The notes: generated by a model not told the origin, from the letters alone. Shown: positions 47,980 through 57,911, numbered from the stretch's first letter. The stretch is 64,000 nt of DNA from an uncultured Armatimonadia bacterium (GCA_963749155.1 CAVVLO010000002.1:672001-736000), one strand, 5' to 3'. Made by a program: numbers and translations.

Positions 47980-50154
47980 ATGAAAACCTGCTGCCTGATC
48001 ACCTTGCTGCTTATTTTGGGGGGCCTTTCGATGGCACAAGAGTTCAAAGGCGTCGAACAGGCGCGTATCGAAGTAGAAAACGGTACCCCCAAACTCTACA
48101 TAAACAACGAGATCGTGGCACCACTCATCTTTTTCTTTAATCAGGGCGTGACCGAGAACTGGCTCGAGCGCTTCCAGCGCCCTCAGGTCAAGCTCTGCGC
48201 AGCGGCGGGCGTGCACATCTACTCCTTCGATATGTGGCAGCCGAAATACTGGGTGCGCCCTTATGATTATTCCACGGTAGATGAGCAGTTCAGGACCATC
48301 GTAGAGGACGACCCCGAGGCGCTGTTCATACCGCGCTTTGTGCCAGGCCCCACCCCAAGCTGGCCCGAGTGGAGGAGCTTCCCCGAGGGAGAACTGACCG
48401 AATTCGCCGATGGAACCAAGATCGCAGACCATCTCGCTTGCCTCCAGGTGGTTCTGGGGGCCGGCTGATGAACGCCTCGAAGCGCTTATCCGCCATGTAG
48501 ACGAAAGCCCTTATGGTAAACGTATCCTCGCCTGGCACCTGGGCGGACCTAACTCGGAGAACTTCCAGCATGGCTTCCGCGAGAGCGGCCCTGACGTCTG
48601 CGAAGCCAACCAGATTCGTTTTCGCGACTGGCTGCAGAGACCACTACGGCACTACTGAAGCCTTGAGGGCCGCCTGGGGTGATGAGGAAGTCACCTTGCG
48701 CACCGCTCGCGTGCCAGTTGATGAAGAAGGGCGCTTCCATATGCACGGGATGCCCGAGATACAGCTTTTCTATGACCTGCCTCGCCAGCAAGCCTGGGCA
48801 GATTACAGCCAGTACCAGGCCGAGTTGTTCGCCAAGCGTATTGAAAGCTGGGCCAGGCTGGTCAAACGTGTCACCGATGGCCGCAAGCTGACGGTCTTCT
48901 TCTACGGTTATCTCTTCGAGCTGGTCGGCAGCTTCAGCGGGCACGAAGCCCTGAACCAGGTACTCGACTGCCCGGACGTGGATATCCTCGTCAGTCCCGT
49001 GCCTTATGGCAACCGCACCGCGGGCAACGCGGCAGGCTTTATGTCACCGGTCGATTCGCTGCCCCTGCATGGCAAGCTATGGCTGAATGAGGATGATATG
49101 CGCACGAGCATCCTCAACGAGAAAGACTTCCCGGGCTGGATCAATGATTCAATGTTCGGCGAACGCGCGAAGACTATCAGCGAGACCGTGAATCTGCTTG
49201 ACCGCAACACAGCAGCTCTCTACACCCACCGCGCGGGTACCTGGTGGATGGACCTGGTCGGGGCTGGGGCCTTCAACGATGCCGCCGTGTGGGAGCTGAT
49301 GGCCGAGCGCAGGCCGCTCTTCGAGCAACTGGGCGAACAGCCTAGACCCTTCAAACCCGAGGTCGCTGTGCTGATTGACGAGCGTTCTCGCACCTATATG
49401 CGCGCCGACTGGGATTACTTCTACCTGGGCCTGATGCGGCTCAGAGACCAGATAACCAAGTGCGGCGCATCGGTAGGGTATTACACGCTGGAGGATTTCC
49501 TCACCGGGCTTGTGCCCAAGTGTAAAGCCTATCTCTTCGCCAATGCTTTCTATCTGGATGACCAGCAGATTGCAAAACTCCACCAACGACTGGAGCAAGA
49601 GGGTGCCACCGCAATATGGGTTGCCGCTCCCTGGCTATCTTGGCCCGACTGGGCCGGACGTAAATCGAGTGGGGCAAGTCACTCGAATGGCTATCGTGCA
49701 GAAGGATGGCGTAGAGGGTAGCGTCGGGGTTGGCCTGCTGGAAGGGCTTGCCTGGGGGCAGACGCAAGTTTTCAAACCACGACTTGTGATCGAAGACTCA
49801 CGCCCCTGGATACTTGGCACCTATCGCGCAGATGGGGCTATCTCGGCGGCCAAACTGGACACAGGCAAGTGGCAGAGTGTCTTCTTCGCTGACCTGCTGC
49901 TTGACGCGACGGCGCTCGCGAAAGTCTTCCAACAAGCCGGCGTTCATCTCTGGACCGACCCGGGCTTCATCATCTACACCGATAACGAGTGGCTGGTGCT
50001 GCACACAGGGCAGGCAGGGCTTGTACCGGTCTATCTGCCGGCAGGTTACACCGCCGAGGTGACGAAGGGAATTCTGGCAAGCCAAAGCGGTCAGACTCTT
50101 CAGCTTGATTGCCAAGCCGGCGACACGGTCTGGCTGCGGCTGCATAAGGACTAG
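47980..50154 (+). CDS. Secreted GH42-like beta-galactosidase family protein; three apparent frameshifts
   Basis: Signal peptide; AAGVHIY, FRDWL...HYGTTEALRAAW, FYGYLFE, KLWLNEDD, AGVHLW across ORFs 47980-48468, 48410-48658, 48513-49721 and 49510-50154. Confidence 0.65.
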
Positions 50155-50165
50155 GAGGGATCAAA

Positions 50166-50657
50166 ATGATCAACTATCCATGGCGATGCGAGCCCTTGCC
50201 AGCCTTTGAGCTGGTTGGATTCACTGGGATCGTCACATCTGGCGGAGAGCAATACGATGCAGTGAGGCGCGATGGCAGGTGGGAGACACTCCGACGCTTG
50301 GGTGGCGCCGACCCCACCATTTATGGCGTGGCCTCGATGGACAAAGAGTGCACCGATGGCCGTTATCGGTATACACTGGCAGTGAAGGCATCGCCTGCTT
50401 CAGTCGATACTAAGGGAGAAGAAGGCCTGTTTAATCTGAGTATGCCTAAGGCCGAATGGGTGATCTTCACACTCGACAGTTTCGTGGGGCAGTACGGCAA
50501 GTTCTGGCAGGACGATCCTTACAAGCTGCTGCAGGCGCTGGGGCGAGAGTTCGATCCCGCCGTCGGCGTCCACATCGATGTCTACTCCCCCGGTTATGGC
50601 AGCGATGAAGACAAGATGGAGTTTATGATGCCAGTAAGGCCCTCCGTTGCAGAATAA
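50166..50657 (+). CDS. GyrI-like small-molecule (effector)-binding domain protein
   Basis: AFELVGF, IYGVA, RYTLAV, MPKAEWVIF, IDVYS...KMEFMMPV; GGAGG RBS. Confidence 0.75.
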   Translation: MINYPWRCEPLPAFELVGFTGIVTSGGEQYDAVRRDGRWETLRRLGGADPTIYGVASMDKECTDGRYRYTLAVKASPASVDTKGEEGLFNLSMPKAEWVIFTLDSFVGQYGKFWQDDPYKLLQALGREFDPAVGVHIDVYSPGYGSDEDKMEFMMPVRPSVAE

Positions 50658-50714
50658 CCCTGGACGCCTTCACAGGGAGGGCTAACCAAGGAGCGACCGC
50701 CCCAATATCCTGAT

Positions 50715-51080
50715 ATCGAAGACTCACGCCCCTGGATACTTGGCACCTATCGCGCAGATGGGGCTATCTCGGCGGCCAAACTGGACACAGGCAAGTGGCA
50801 GAGTGTCTTCTTCGCTGACCTGCTGCTTAACGCGACGGTGCTCGCGAAAGTCTTCCAACAAGCCGGCGTTCATCTCTGGACCGACCCGGGCTTCATCATC
50901 TACACCGATAACGAGTGGCTGGTGCTGCACACAGGGCAGGCAGGGCTTGTACCGGTCTATCTGCCGGCAGGTTACACCGCCGAGGTGACGAAGGGAACTC
51001 TGGCAAGCCAAACCGGTCAGACTCTTCAGCTTGATTGCCAAGCCGGCGACACGGTCTGGCTGCGGCTGCATAAGGAGTAA
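50715..51080 (+). pseudogene. Duplicated 3' end of the GH42-like gene (copy of 49789-50150)
   Basis: 362-bp gap-free alignment with 4 mismatches; ends GAGTAA instead of GACTAG. Confidence 0.92.
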
Positions 51081-51085
51081 TCACG

Positions 51086-52582
51086 ATGAGTAGGCGCCCC
51101 AATATCCTTATTATGATGTGTGACCAACTTACAGCAGGTGCCCTTGGCTGTTATGGCGGGCCGCTGCCTACACCCAACCTCGACAGGCTGGCAGCAGGCG
51201 GAGTACTGTTTACCGATGCAATCTGCACGACCCCTTATTGCTCTCCCAGCCGCGCTTCGTTGATAAACGGCTTGTATCCCCATACCCATGGCATCAACTA
51301 TAACTGCAACCGGATAGACTATCCGGCAATCCAGACCCCAGCGACCGAAGAGGGCATCAAGGCCAGCGATGTGACTACCGAACGACTGCTCTCCGAGGCA
51401 GGCTGGGACACCCACCACTACGGCAAGTGGCATCTCTCGGATGAGCCGCTGCCCTACTACACCGATATGTATGGCGAGCATCTGTTGTATGAGGAAGAGC
51501 TGTCCCACGTCTTCGAGGGGGTACGCAAGGAGCCTCGCGAGACCTGGATGGACTGGTACAACTGGGCTTTACCGGTGACGCGCAGCCAGGCGATTCTAGA
51601 AGCAGAACACAATCTCGCCGGTGCCTGGGATAGCCTCGTCTACAAGGACTTCCTGCTCAAGGCGGGCCGGCTGGAGCTGCCGCAGGAGCAAGTATTCGAC
51701 ATAAGGGTCGCCGAGAAGACCATCGAACGGTTGCACCACGCCGGCGATGTGCCTTTTATGCTGACTTGCTCTTTCAATATGCCGCATGATCCCAATGTGA
51801 CTCCATCGCCCTGGTATGACTCTGTAGATCCCGGCTCCTTGCCCCTGCCCGAGAACTGGGACTTGCGCGAGGAACGTTTCGAGCCCGAGCTGTCGCGGCA
51901 CATAGTGGCGGATTTGGGTGAGGCAGCTGCGCGCGAGTATCTGCGTATCTACTATGCCGCCGTGTTGCTGGTAGATGACCAGGTTGGGCGTATTCTGAAG
52001 GCGCTTGAAGACCTCGATCTGGCTGAGAATACGCTGGTTCTCTTCACCGCTGATCACGGCGACTTCGCAGGCGGGCATGGGATGTTCTGGAAGAGCAGCA
52101 GCGCCTTTTACGAAGAGCTGGTGCACATCCCGATGATAATGCGCCTGCCTGGCGTGCTGGAACCAAATAACTACCCAGGGCTTGCTTCACTAGTGGACGT
52201 AATGCCGACGCTGCTCGAGTTTGCAGGGCAACCAATTCCCGAAGGCCTCCAGGGTCAGAGTCTTGTGCCCTGGCTAACAGGCGCCGCTCGCTCACAGACG
52301 GCTCCCGACCTGGTTTTCTGCGAGCGTGTCCAGCCCACTAGCGGACTTACGCGCCAGGTGGGTCCAGACCAGGCCGGCTCCTTTATGGCGCGCAGCCTGG
52401 AGTGGAAATATATCCTCTACCCAGGCGGCGACGAGTATCTCTACAACCTGGAATATGACAGAGCGGAAACAACCAACCTTGCCGACAGCGAGCCAGCCAG
52501 AAAAACCGAGTTGCGGGCTGCCCTCGAGGAGTGGCTGACGCGCACCGGCTGGAGCGGAAAGCCCTTGCCAGCTGCTATTTAA
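51086..52582 (+). CDS. Formylglycine-dependent sulfatase
   Basis: RPNILIMMCDQ, CSPSRASL (CxPxR), GKWH, PHDP, TADHG, EYLYNL. Confidence 0.95.
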   Translation: MSRRPNILIMMCDQLTAGALGCYGGPLPTPNLDRLAAGGVLFTDAICTTPYCSPSRASLINGLYPHTHGINYNCNRIDYPAIQTPATEEGIKASDVTTERLLSEAGWDTHHYGKWHLSDEPLPYYTDMYGEHLLYEEELSHVFEGVRKEPRETWMDWYNWALPVTRSQAILEAEHNLAGAWDSLVYKDFLLKAGRLELPQEQVFDIRVAEKTIERLHHAGDVPFMLTCSFNMPHDPNVTPSPWYDSVDPGSLPLPENWDLREERFEPELSRHIVADLGEAAAREYLRIYYAAVLLVDDQVGRILKALEDLDLAENTLVLFTADHGDFAGGHGMFWKSSSAFYEELVHIPMIMRLPGVLEPNNYPGLASLVDVMPTLLEFAGQPIPEGLQGQSLVPWLTGAARSQTAPDLVFCERVQPTSGLTRQVGPDQAGSFMARSLEWKYILYPGGDEYLYNLEYDRAETTNLADSEPARKTELRAALEEWLTRTGWSGKPLPAAI

Positions 52583-53318
52583 CGGAGATCTCCAGGCCTT
52601 CCTTGTCCAGCATAACGTTGAAGCTTATCGAACAGTTGGACGGATCTCGCACGAAGTCGAGATAAGGCCCCAGCTTCTCGGTATAGGTTGCCGAATCGTG
52701 ACACATTATCAAGGCGCCTTTTGGCAGTTTTTCCCAGCAGGCAAGCAGCACATCGAAATTGAGAGCCTTGTCTCCACAGGTCGTCCCGCCGACATCTAGA
52801 TATAGCAGGTCTATTGCACCAGGATAGCCCTTTGCAAACTCGACTGCATCGGCAGCCACCAATTTTGCCGCTGTTGACTCGCCCAGCGAACGGACATTAC
52901 GTTCGGCAGTCTCTGCAGCCTCGGGCACTACTTCCACGCCGATCAGCTCTTCCGCCTCATAGCAAGCCCCTGGACCAACCGCAGCGCCGGCGTTGCAGAT
53001 ATAGGTGAAGCCACAGAATATACCCGCCGCAAGCAAGACTTTTGGCTGGCGAATCGAGTTGAGCGCGTAAAGCAAGCGCTGGATGCGCTGAGTTATCGAA
53101 GTCCAGGGCAACTCGAAGTTGTCGGCTACCTGCTGGCGCATCTCGAGCAGTCGCGCTTCATCATAGTCCGTATGCGAGATGACACCGGCCTCTCGTAGCG
53201 CTTCGAGACATTGATCTACTTGCTCGCGTTCGGATTCGAGAGCCTCGATTGGTTCATGAGGATCATAGTAATCCATCGTATAGGTTGCCACATCAGGCGC
53301 CCAGTATTCGCCTCTCAC
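52575..53318 (-). CDS. Class I SAM-dependent (O-)methyltransferase-like protein
   Basis: IGVEVVPE, ADAVEF, IDLLYLD, LPKGALIMCHDS. Confidence 0.7.
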   Translation of the reverse strand: MRGEYWAPDVATYTMDYYDPHEPIEALESEREQVDQCLEALREAGVISHTDYDEARLLEMRQQVADNFELPWTSITQRIQRLLYALNSIRQPKVLLAAGIFCGFTYICNAGAAVGPGACYEAEELIGVEVVPEAAETAERNVRSLGESTAAKLVAADAVEFAKGYPGAIDLLYLDVGGTTCGDKALNFDVLLACWEKLPKGALIMCHDSATYTEKLGPYLDFVRDPSNCSISFNVMLDKEGLEISVK

Positions 53319-53330
53319 TTGCCGTCCCCC

Positions 53331-54075
53331 CTATTTAACTGATACTTCGAGCCCCTCGCCATCGAACAGCACGTGGACGCTGGCTCTGGCAGTTGGACTC
53401 ATCGCGAACGAAAGCCAGATATTTATCAAGCATAGGCCCGCAGTTATATGAGTTGTGCGCCAGAATAACTGCCCCCTCAGGCAACTTGTCCCAGGCGGCT
53501 CTGGTAATGTCCAGATAGATGCCCTTGCCTCGAGCCTCATCCCCATCGGCATCGTGGTAGAGCAGGTTGATCTCGCCCTGCCAGTTGGCGCAGAAAGGCA
53601 CCGCGTCAGCGCAGACTACATGGGCCACGCCGGTTGGGTCAATTGCTCGAATATTGCGTTCAGCTCGCGCGGCCTCTTCGGGAACGATCTCGACCCCGAT
53701 GACAGCTTCTGCCTGATAGCAGGCGCCCGGCCCCACTGCTGCACCGGCATTGCACACGAAGGTGAAACCGCAAAAAGCTCCATCGGAGATTATAACCGGC
53801 GGTTGGAGGATGGCCGCGATGGCGTAAAGCAGCCTCTGCATACGGGGTGTGATAGCCGTCCAGGGGATCTCGAAAGCCTCTTTCACGGCTTCTGTATGCG
53901 CAAGAAACTTCTCCCTGTCGTATTCAGTATGAGGCAGGATACCCTCTGCCACGAGGTGAGCCAGGCACTGGTCTACGATCTCAATTTCTCTTTCTATTGG
54001 TTCCAGTTGCTCGAAAGGACGGGTCATATCCATCTTGTAGGTCTCAAAATCGGGAGTCTGAAATATGCTGGCCAA
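53331..54075 (-). CDS. Class I SAM-dependent (O-)methyltransferase-like protein (paralogue; frameshift near 53385)
   Basis: IGVEIVPE, ADAVPF, INLLYHDADG, LPEGAVILAHNS; EGLEVSVK* tail in another frame. Confidence 0.7.
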
Positions 54076-54111
54076 GTGTAAGGCTCCTCCTCAAGGTCAC
54101 AATTTCCCTAA

Positions 54112-54168
54112 GTTCGTCAGGGTTTTACAATCTCCCTCTTCAGAGGAGGCAACCTGCCTTCGGCGAAA
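54112..54168. promoter_or_regulatory. Divergent pair of SigH-like promoter motifs
   Basis: Minus strand GGGA-N17-GAAC (54136-54112); plus strand AGGA-N17-GAAA (54144-54168). Confidence 0.55.
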
Positions 54169-54201
54169 ATCTGCCAAACTGGATTCTGGAGGGAGCAAGC
54201 T

Positions 54202-55344
54202 GTGCAATATCGTAAATATGGCAATACAGGACTTCAACTGGCAGCGCTCGGTTTTGGAGCGATGCGCCTGCCTGCCGAGGAAGAGCGCGCTGTGCCCCTG
54301 ATGGAGCGCTATCTGGAGCTCGGTGGCAACGTGATAGACACCGCGCGCGCTTATGGCCACAGCGAAGAGATGGTTGGCAAGGTCCTGAGAGGACGCCGTG
54401 AGCAGGTTATCCTTTCGACCAAGAATCACTCACTGGAGATGGGCCGCCGGCATCCCCAGGACTGGCGCGAGTATTTCGAAGCCTCACTTACTACAATGGA
54501 CACCGACTACCTAGACCTCTACCACATCCACAATATCTGGTTTGAAGGCTTTGAAGAGGTGCTTTACGAACCTGGCGGGGCCTGGGACCAGTTGATGAAG
54601 GCCAAGGATGAAGGCCTGGTACGCCACATCTGTTTCAGTTGCCATGACACGCCTGAGGCGATGATGAAGTTCATCGACCTTGGCATCTTCGATGGCATCC
54701 TGCTGCAATACAACTTGCTGGACAGGCTGGAACGCTTCACTGGCGCGCATACGGGAGGCACGGGCAACGAGCAGGTGATTTCCTACGCCGCCGATAAAGG
54801 CCTGGGTGTGATGGTGATGGGTCCAATGGCCGGCGGTCGTCTGATGCAGGGGCCAGCCGAACAGCTCAGAGCTATCCTGCCTGAGAAGACCGCCAGTATC
54901 GCAGAACTTGCTCTCCGATTTGTGCTTGCCAATGACCACGTGACCTCGGCGCTGTCGGGGATGAACGCGATGGAGCAGGTCGAGGAGAATTGCCGAGTCG
55001 CAAACCAGCAAGGGCCGCTTTCTGAGGCCGAACGCGCTGCCGTGCTGGACGCTGTCGCGCAGATGGAGAAGCTTGCAGAGCTGTATTGCACTGGCTGCGG
55101 CTATTGCCTGCCCTGCCCTCAGGACATCGCCATCCCAGCGCTCTTCTCGGCGATGAATTATCACCGGGTATGGGGCCTTACTGACCTGGCGAAGGGCGTC
55201 TACAGGCGATATGGCCCTAATCATCCGAAGGGCAAGCAAAACGCTTCGGCCTGCACCGAATGCGGCCAGTGTGAAGAGCGCTGCCCGCAGAATATACCCA
55301 TCATTGAACAGCTCAAGGAAACCCATCGCGCGCTGGGCGAGTAG
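54202..55344 (+). CDS. Aldo/keto reductase with C-terminal 2x[4Fe-4S] domain
   Basis: LGFGAMRLP, DTARAY, LSTK, CTGCGYCLPCP, CTECGQCEERCP. Confidence 0.93.
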   Translation: MQYRKYGNTGLQLAALGFGAMRLPAEEERAVPLMERYLELGGNVIDTARAYGHSEEMVGKVLRGRREQVILSTKNHSLEMGRRHPQDWREYFEASLTTMDTDYLDLYHIHNIWFEGFEEVLYEPGGAWDQLMKAKDEGLVRHICFSCHDTPEAMMKFIDLGIFDGILLQYNLLDRLERFTGAHTGGTGNEQVISYAADKGLGVMVMGPMAGGRLMQGPAEQLRAILPEKTASIAELALRFVLANDHVTSALSGMNAMEQVEENCRVANQQGPLSEAERAAVLDAVAQMEKLAELYCTGCGYCLPCPQDIAIPALFSAMNYHRVWGLTDLAKGVYRRYGPNHPKGKQNASACTECGQCEERCPQNIPIIEQLKETHRALGE

Positions 55345-55364
55345 GCTGGCTTCGGGAGCAGAAG

Positions 55365-56498
55365 ATGAAACAGGTAAACCTGGGCCTTATTGGGTGTGGC
55401 GGGGCAGCCCGGATGCTCTATGCGCCCTATATACCCCATCTCAAGGGCGGCAAGATCGTTGCTGTAGCAGATCCTGACCAGGCCCGCGGGAGCGCGCTGG
55501 CGGACCAGTTTGGCGCTGCTTCCTATACCGACCTGGCCGACCTGCTCGCGCATCCCCAGCTAGATGCCGTGATGGTTATGACCCCAACCGGCACCCACGA
55601 GAAAGTCGTCACCGCGGCAGCCGCGGCGGGCAAGCACGTCTATTGTGAGAAGCCGATGGCGCCTACAATCGAAGAAGCCGATATGATGATCGAGGCCTGC
55701 AAAACCGCAGGGGTCTTCCTGATGGTCGCCTTTATGAAGCGCCACAACAAGAGCTTCCAGCGTGCGAAGGAAGTCATCGAATCCGGAGACCTCGGCGATG
55801 TCTTCGAGCTACGTTGCACCTGGGACAACGGGCGGGCGGCAGCCACCACGGGCGATTATCGCCATCGGGCTGAATCTGGCGGGGGCTTTCTGCAGGAAGA
55901 CGGTTCTCATCCCCTGGACGTGTGTCGCTGGTGGCTGGGTGAAGTTGAAGAAGTGACCGCCAACGCCCTATTGGTGGCCTCGGACAGGCTCGAAAATGAA
56001 GACGTCGCAGGCGTGATGTTGCGCCACAGGTCAGGCGCGCTGTCCAGCCTGCATATCACGATGCTCTCGCATCGGCGGGGCCTCGAGGCTTACGAGGTCT
56101 TCGGCACGCGCGGGACACTCGTGCTGGAGGCGCCTTACCACAGCAGCCGGTCGCTGGAGCCACTGCGGCTGCACCTCTATCGCAAGTCCACTGAACGCGT
56201 CGACCTGACGCTACCGGCCAGTTGGAATCCAGGTGAAGAATTCGAGTCCAGTTGGCAGTATGGGCGGGAGTTGGAGCACTTCTGTGAGTGTGTCGCTACT
56301 GGCACGGAGCCAGCCGTCACTGGAGAAGACGGCCGGGCCGTGGTGGAGATTCTAAATGCCGCCTATGCTTCGGTTGCCGAGGGCGCCAAAATAAAACTGC
56401 CCCTTGCCGCCTCGCCCGATTTGCCTGCGCTTATGCGCCGGCTGAAGGCCGAATCGCCCTGGGCGCTTGGCGATTCCACCTGGTGGAGCTGGTACTAA
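55365..56498 (+). CDS. Gfo/Idh/MocA family oxidoreductase
   Basis: IGCGG, GKHVYCEKP, GGGFLQEDGSHPLD. Confidence 0.92.
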   Translation: MKQVNLGLIGCGGAARMLYAPYIPHLKGGKIVAVADPDQARGSALADQFGAASYTDLADLLAHPQLDAVMVMTPTGTHEKVVTAAAAAGKHVYCEKPMAPTIEEADMMIEACKTAGVFLMVAFMKRHNKSFQRAKEVIESGDLGDVFELRCTWDNGRAAATTGDYRHRAESGGGFLQEDGSHPLDVCRWWLGEVEEVTANALLVASDRLENEDVAGVMLRHRSGALSSLHITMLSHRRGLEAYEVFGTRGTLVLEAPYHSSRSLEPLRLHLYRKSTERVDLTLPASWNPGEEFESSWQYGRELEHFCECVATGTEPAVTGEDGRAVVEILNAAYASVAEGAKIKLPLAASPDLPALMRRLKAESPWALGDSTWWSWY

Positions 56499-56515
56499 GC
56501 CGGGCAAGCACTTGC

Positions 56516-57793
56516 CTACTCGCTAATCACCAACGCCGGATTGTTGGGGCCGAAGACCGCGCGAGCGCCGATGCTGTTCTCGACCGAGAGCGGCCCAATC
56601 CCCATATTGCCCATTATCAGCGCCTGGGTCGCCTCGCCCGTAAGCCGGGCCAGCGCGCCTTCCTGGTTGAAGGTACAAGCGTTGATGTTCAGCCGTCCGC
56701 CACTTGCAAGGAAGCACGGCCGATTGTCGCTCTTGTGCAAGACGCCCCACTCGTGGATGTTGCAAGCGGTCATATTCAAGCTGCCGGCTTGCACTTCTAT
56801 CAGCGTGTCGGGCACCGCCCAGAAGTCGCAGTTGGTCAGTGTCAAATTACCAGTGTTGCCACTCCTCAGTAGCACCGCGCGACTGCCCTCGCCAGCCCCG
56901 AAGGGCGCGAACATCCCGTGCGTGATGCTGAGGCCAATAGCGAAGGAATCCTCGATGTCCAGCCCGTAGACGCAGCAGTCCGCGCCAATCCCGACGAACT
57001 GACCATTGGTGACCCCTGCCGGGTAGCCAAGCGCTTCCACCGCGTCCGTCTTGTAAAGGCGATAGCCCGTGTGATAACCATAGCTGAAGGTGTTGTAGAT
57101 ATACTGCCAGTCACTGCGGCCGATGTCGAAAGCTACCCCGTTGTTCTGCACGAAGGCCCTCATCGGCTTGCCCAGCGTGAAATACGGCCAGAAATGGACA
57201 TTCTCTATCCGGCTGATGTCATAAGTGTGGTCGGTGTGGATGCCTATCCGGAGCGGTTCTCCCGAGATGTTGCGTACCAGATTCATATGGGCGGCGTCCA
57301 TATCCAGCCCTTTATAGGGATTGCGCAGGAAGATGTTCTCAACGCGCGAGCTTGGGCCCACCTTGATGGCGTAGGGGTACTTGGCAGGCTCTGCCTGCTC
57401 AGCCTCCTGCTCTGGCCAGTTCATCGCAAGGCACTCGATGGCGTTGCCCCCGCCAACCAGTTGCAGGGCGGCGGGTAAAGTCTCATCGTCCTTGCCGTAG
57501 GTGATGTTCAACACAGTGCCAGCCAGGCCGCCAGGCCAGGAGTATTCTCCGCGCAGCGTGATATTTGGCTTGACTACGACGCTGCCAGCCAGCAGATAAC
57601 TGCCAGCCGGCGCAAGCACCACTCCGCCTCCGGCGGCTGATGCAGAGTCAATAGCAGCCTGGAAAGCCGCGGTATCATCGGTCTTTCCATCAGCCTTGGC
57701 CGCGAAATCCATCACATTGAAAAGCCCGCCTGCCAGTGCACTACCAGCGAGCAACAACACCATCAGAAAGCAAAAAAGAGCGATTGTTGGCAT
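56516..57793 (-). CDS. Secreted right-handed beta-helix protein (Pectate_lyase_3 / GH28-related)
   Basis: Signal peptide; FNVMDFAAKADGKTDDTAAFQAAID, RIENVHFWP, FDIGRSDW. Confidence 0.82.
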   Translation of the reverse strand: MPTIALFCFLMVLLLAGSALAGGLFNVMDFAAKADGKTDDTAAFQAAIDSASAAGGGVVLAPAGSYLLAGSVVVKPNITLRGEYSWPGGLAGTVLNITYGKDDETLPAALQLVGGGNAIECLAMNWPEQEAEQAEPAKYPYAIKVGPSSRVENIFLRNPYKGLDMDAAHMNLVRNISGEPLRIGIHTDHTYDISRIENVHFWPYFTLGKPMRAFVQNNGVAFDIGRSDWQYIYNTFSYGYHTGYRLYKTDAVEALGYPAGVTNGQFVGIGADCCVYGLDIEDSFAIGLSITHGMFAPFGAGEGSRAVLLRSGNTGNLTLTNCDFWAVPDTLIEVQAGSLNMTACNIHEWGVLHKSDNRPCFLASGGRLNINACTFNQEGALARLTGEATQALIMGNMGIGPLSVENSIGARAVFGPNNPALVISE

Positions 57794-57825
57794 ATTGTTT
57801 CCTCCTCGTTATGAGTGAAGTGACT

Positions 57826-57881
57826 TTTCGCCACAAAGAAGCTTTCTCCCGCTTGCAGGAAGCCTCCCTTTGTTGCTGAAA
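57826..57881. promoter_or_regulatory. Divergent pair of SigH-like promoter motifs
   Basis: Minus strand GGGA-N17-GAAA (57850-57826); plus strand GCAGGA-N17-GAAA (57855-57881). Confidence 0.55.
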
Positions 57882-57911
57882 CTGGCTTTCATTATCCTGG
57901 AGGTGGCCTGT

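Noticed and set aside
49789..51076. Diversity-generating retroelement (TR/VR pair) at a gene 3' end
   Set aside because: The four mismatches are G/A, C/T, T/C and G/C, so not adenine-specific, and there is no reverse transcriptase in the window. The 5454/7033 pair also shows mixed substitutions.
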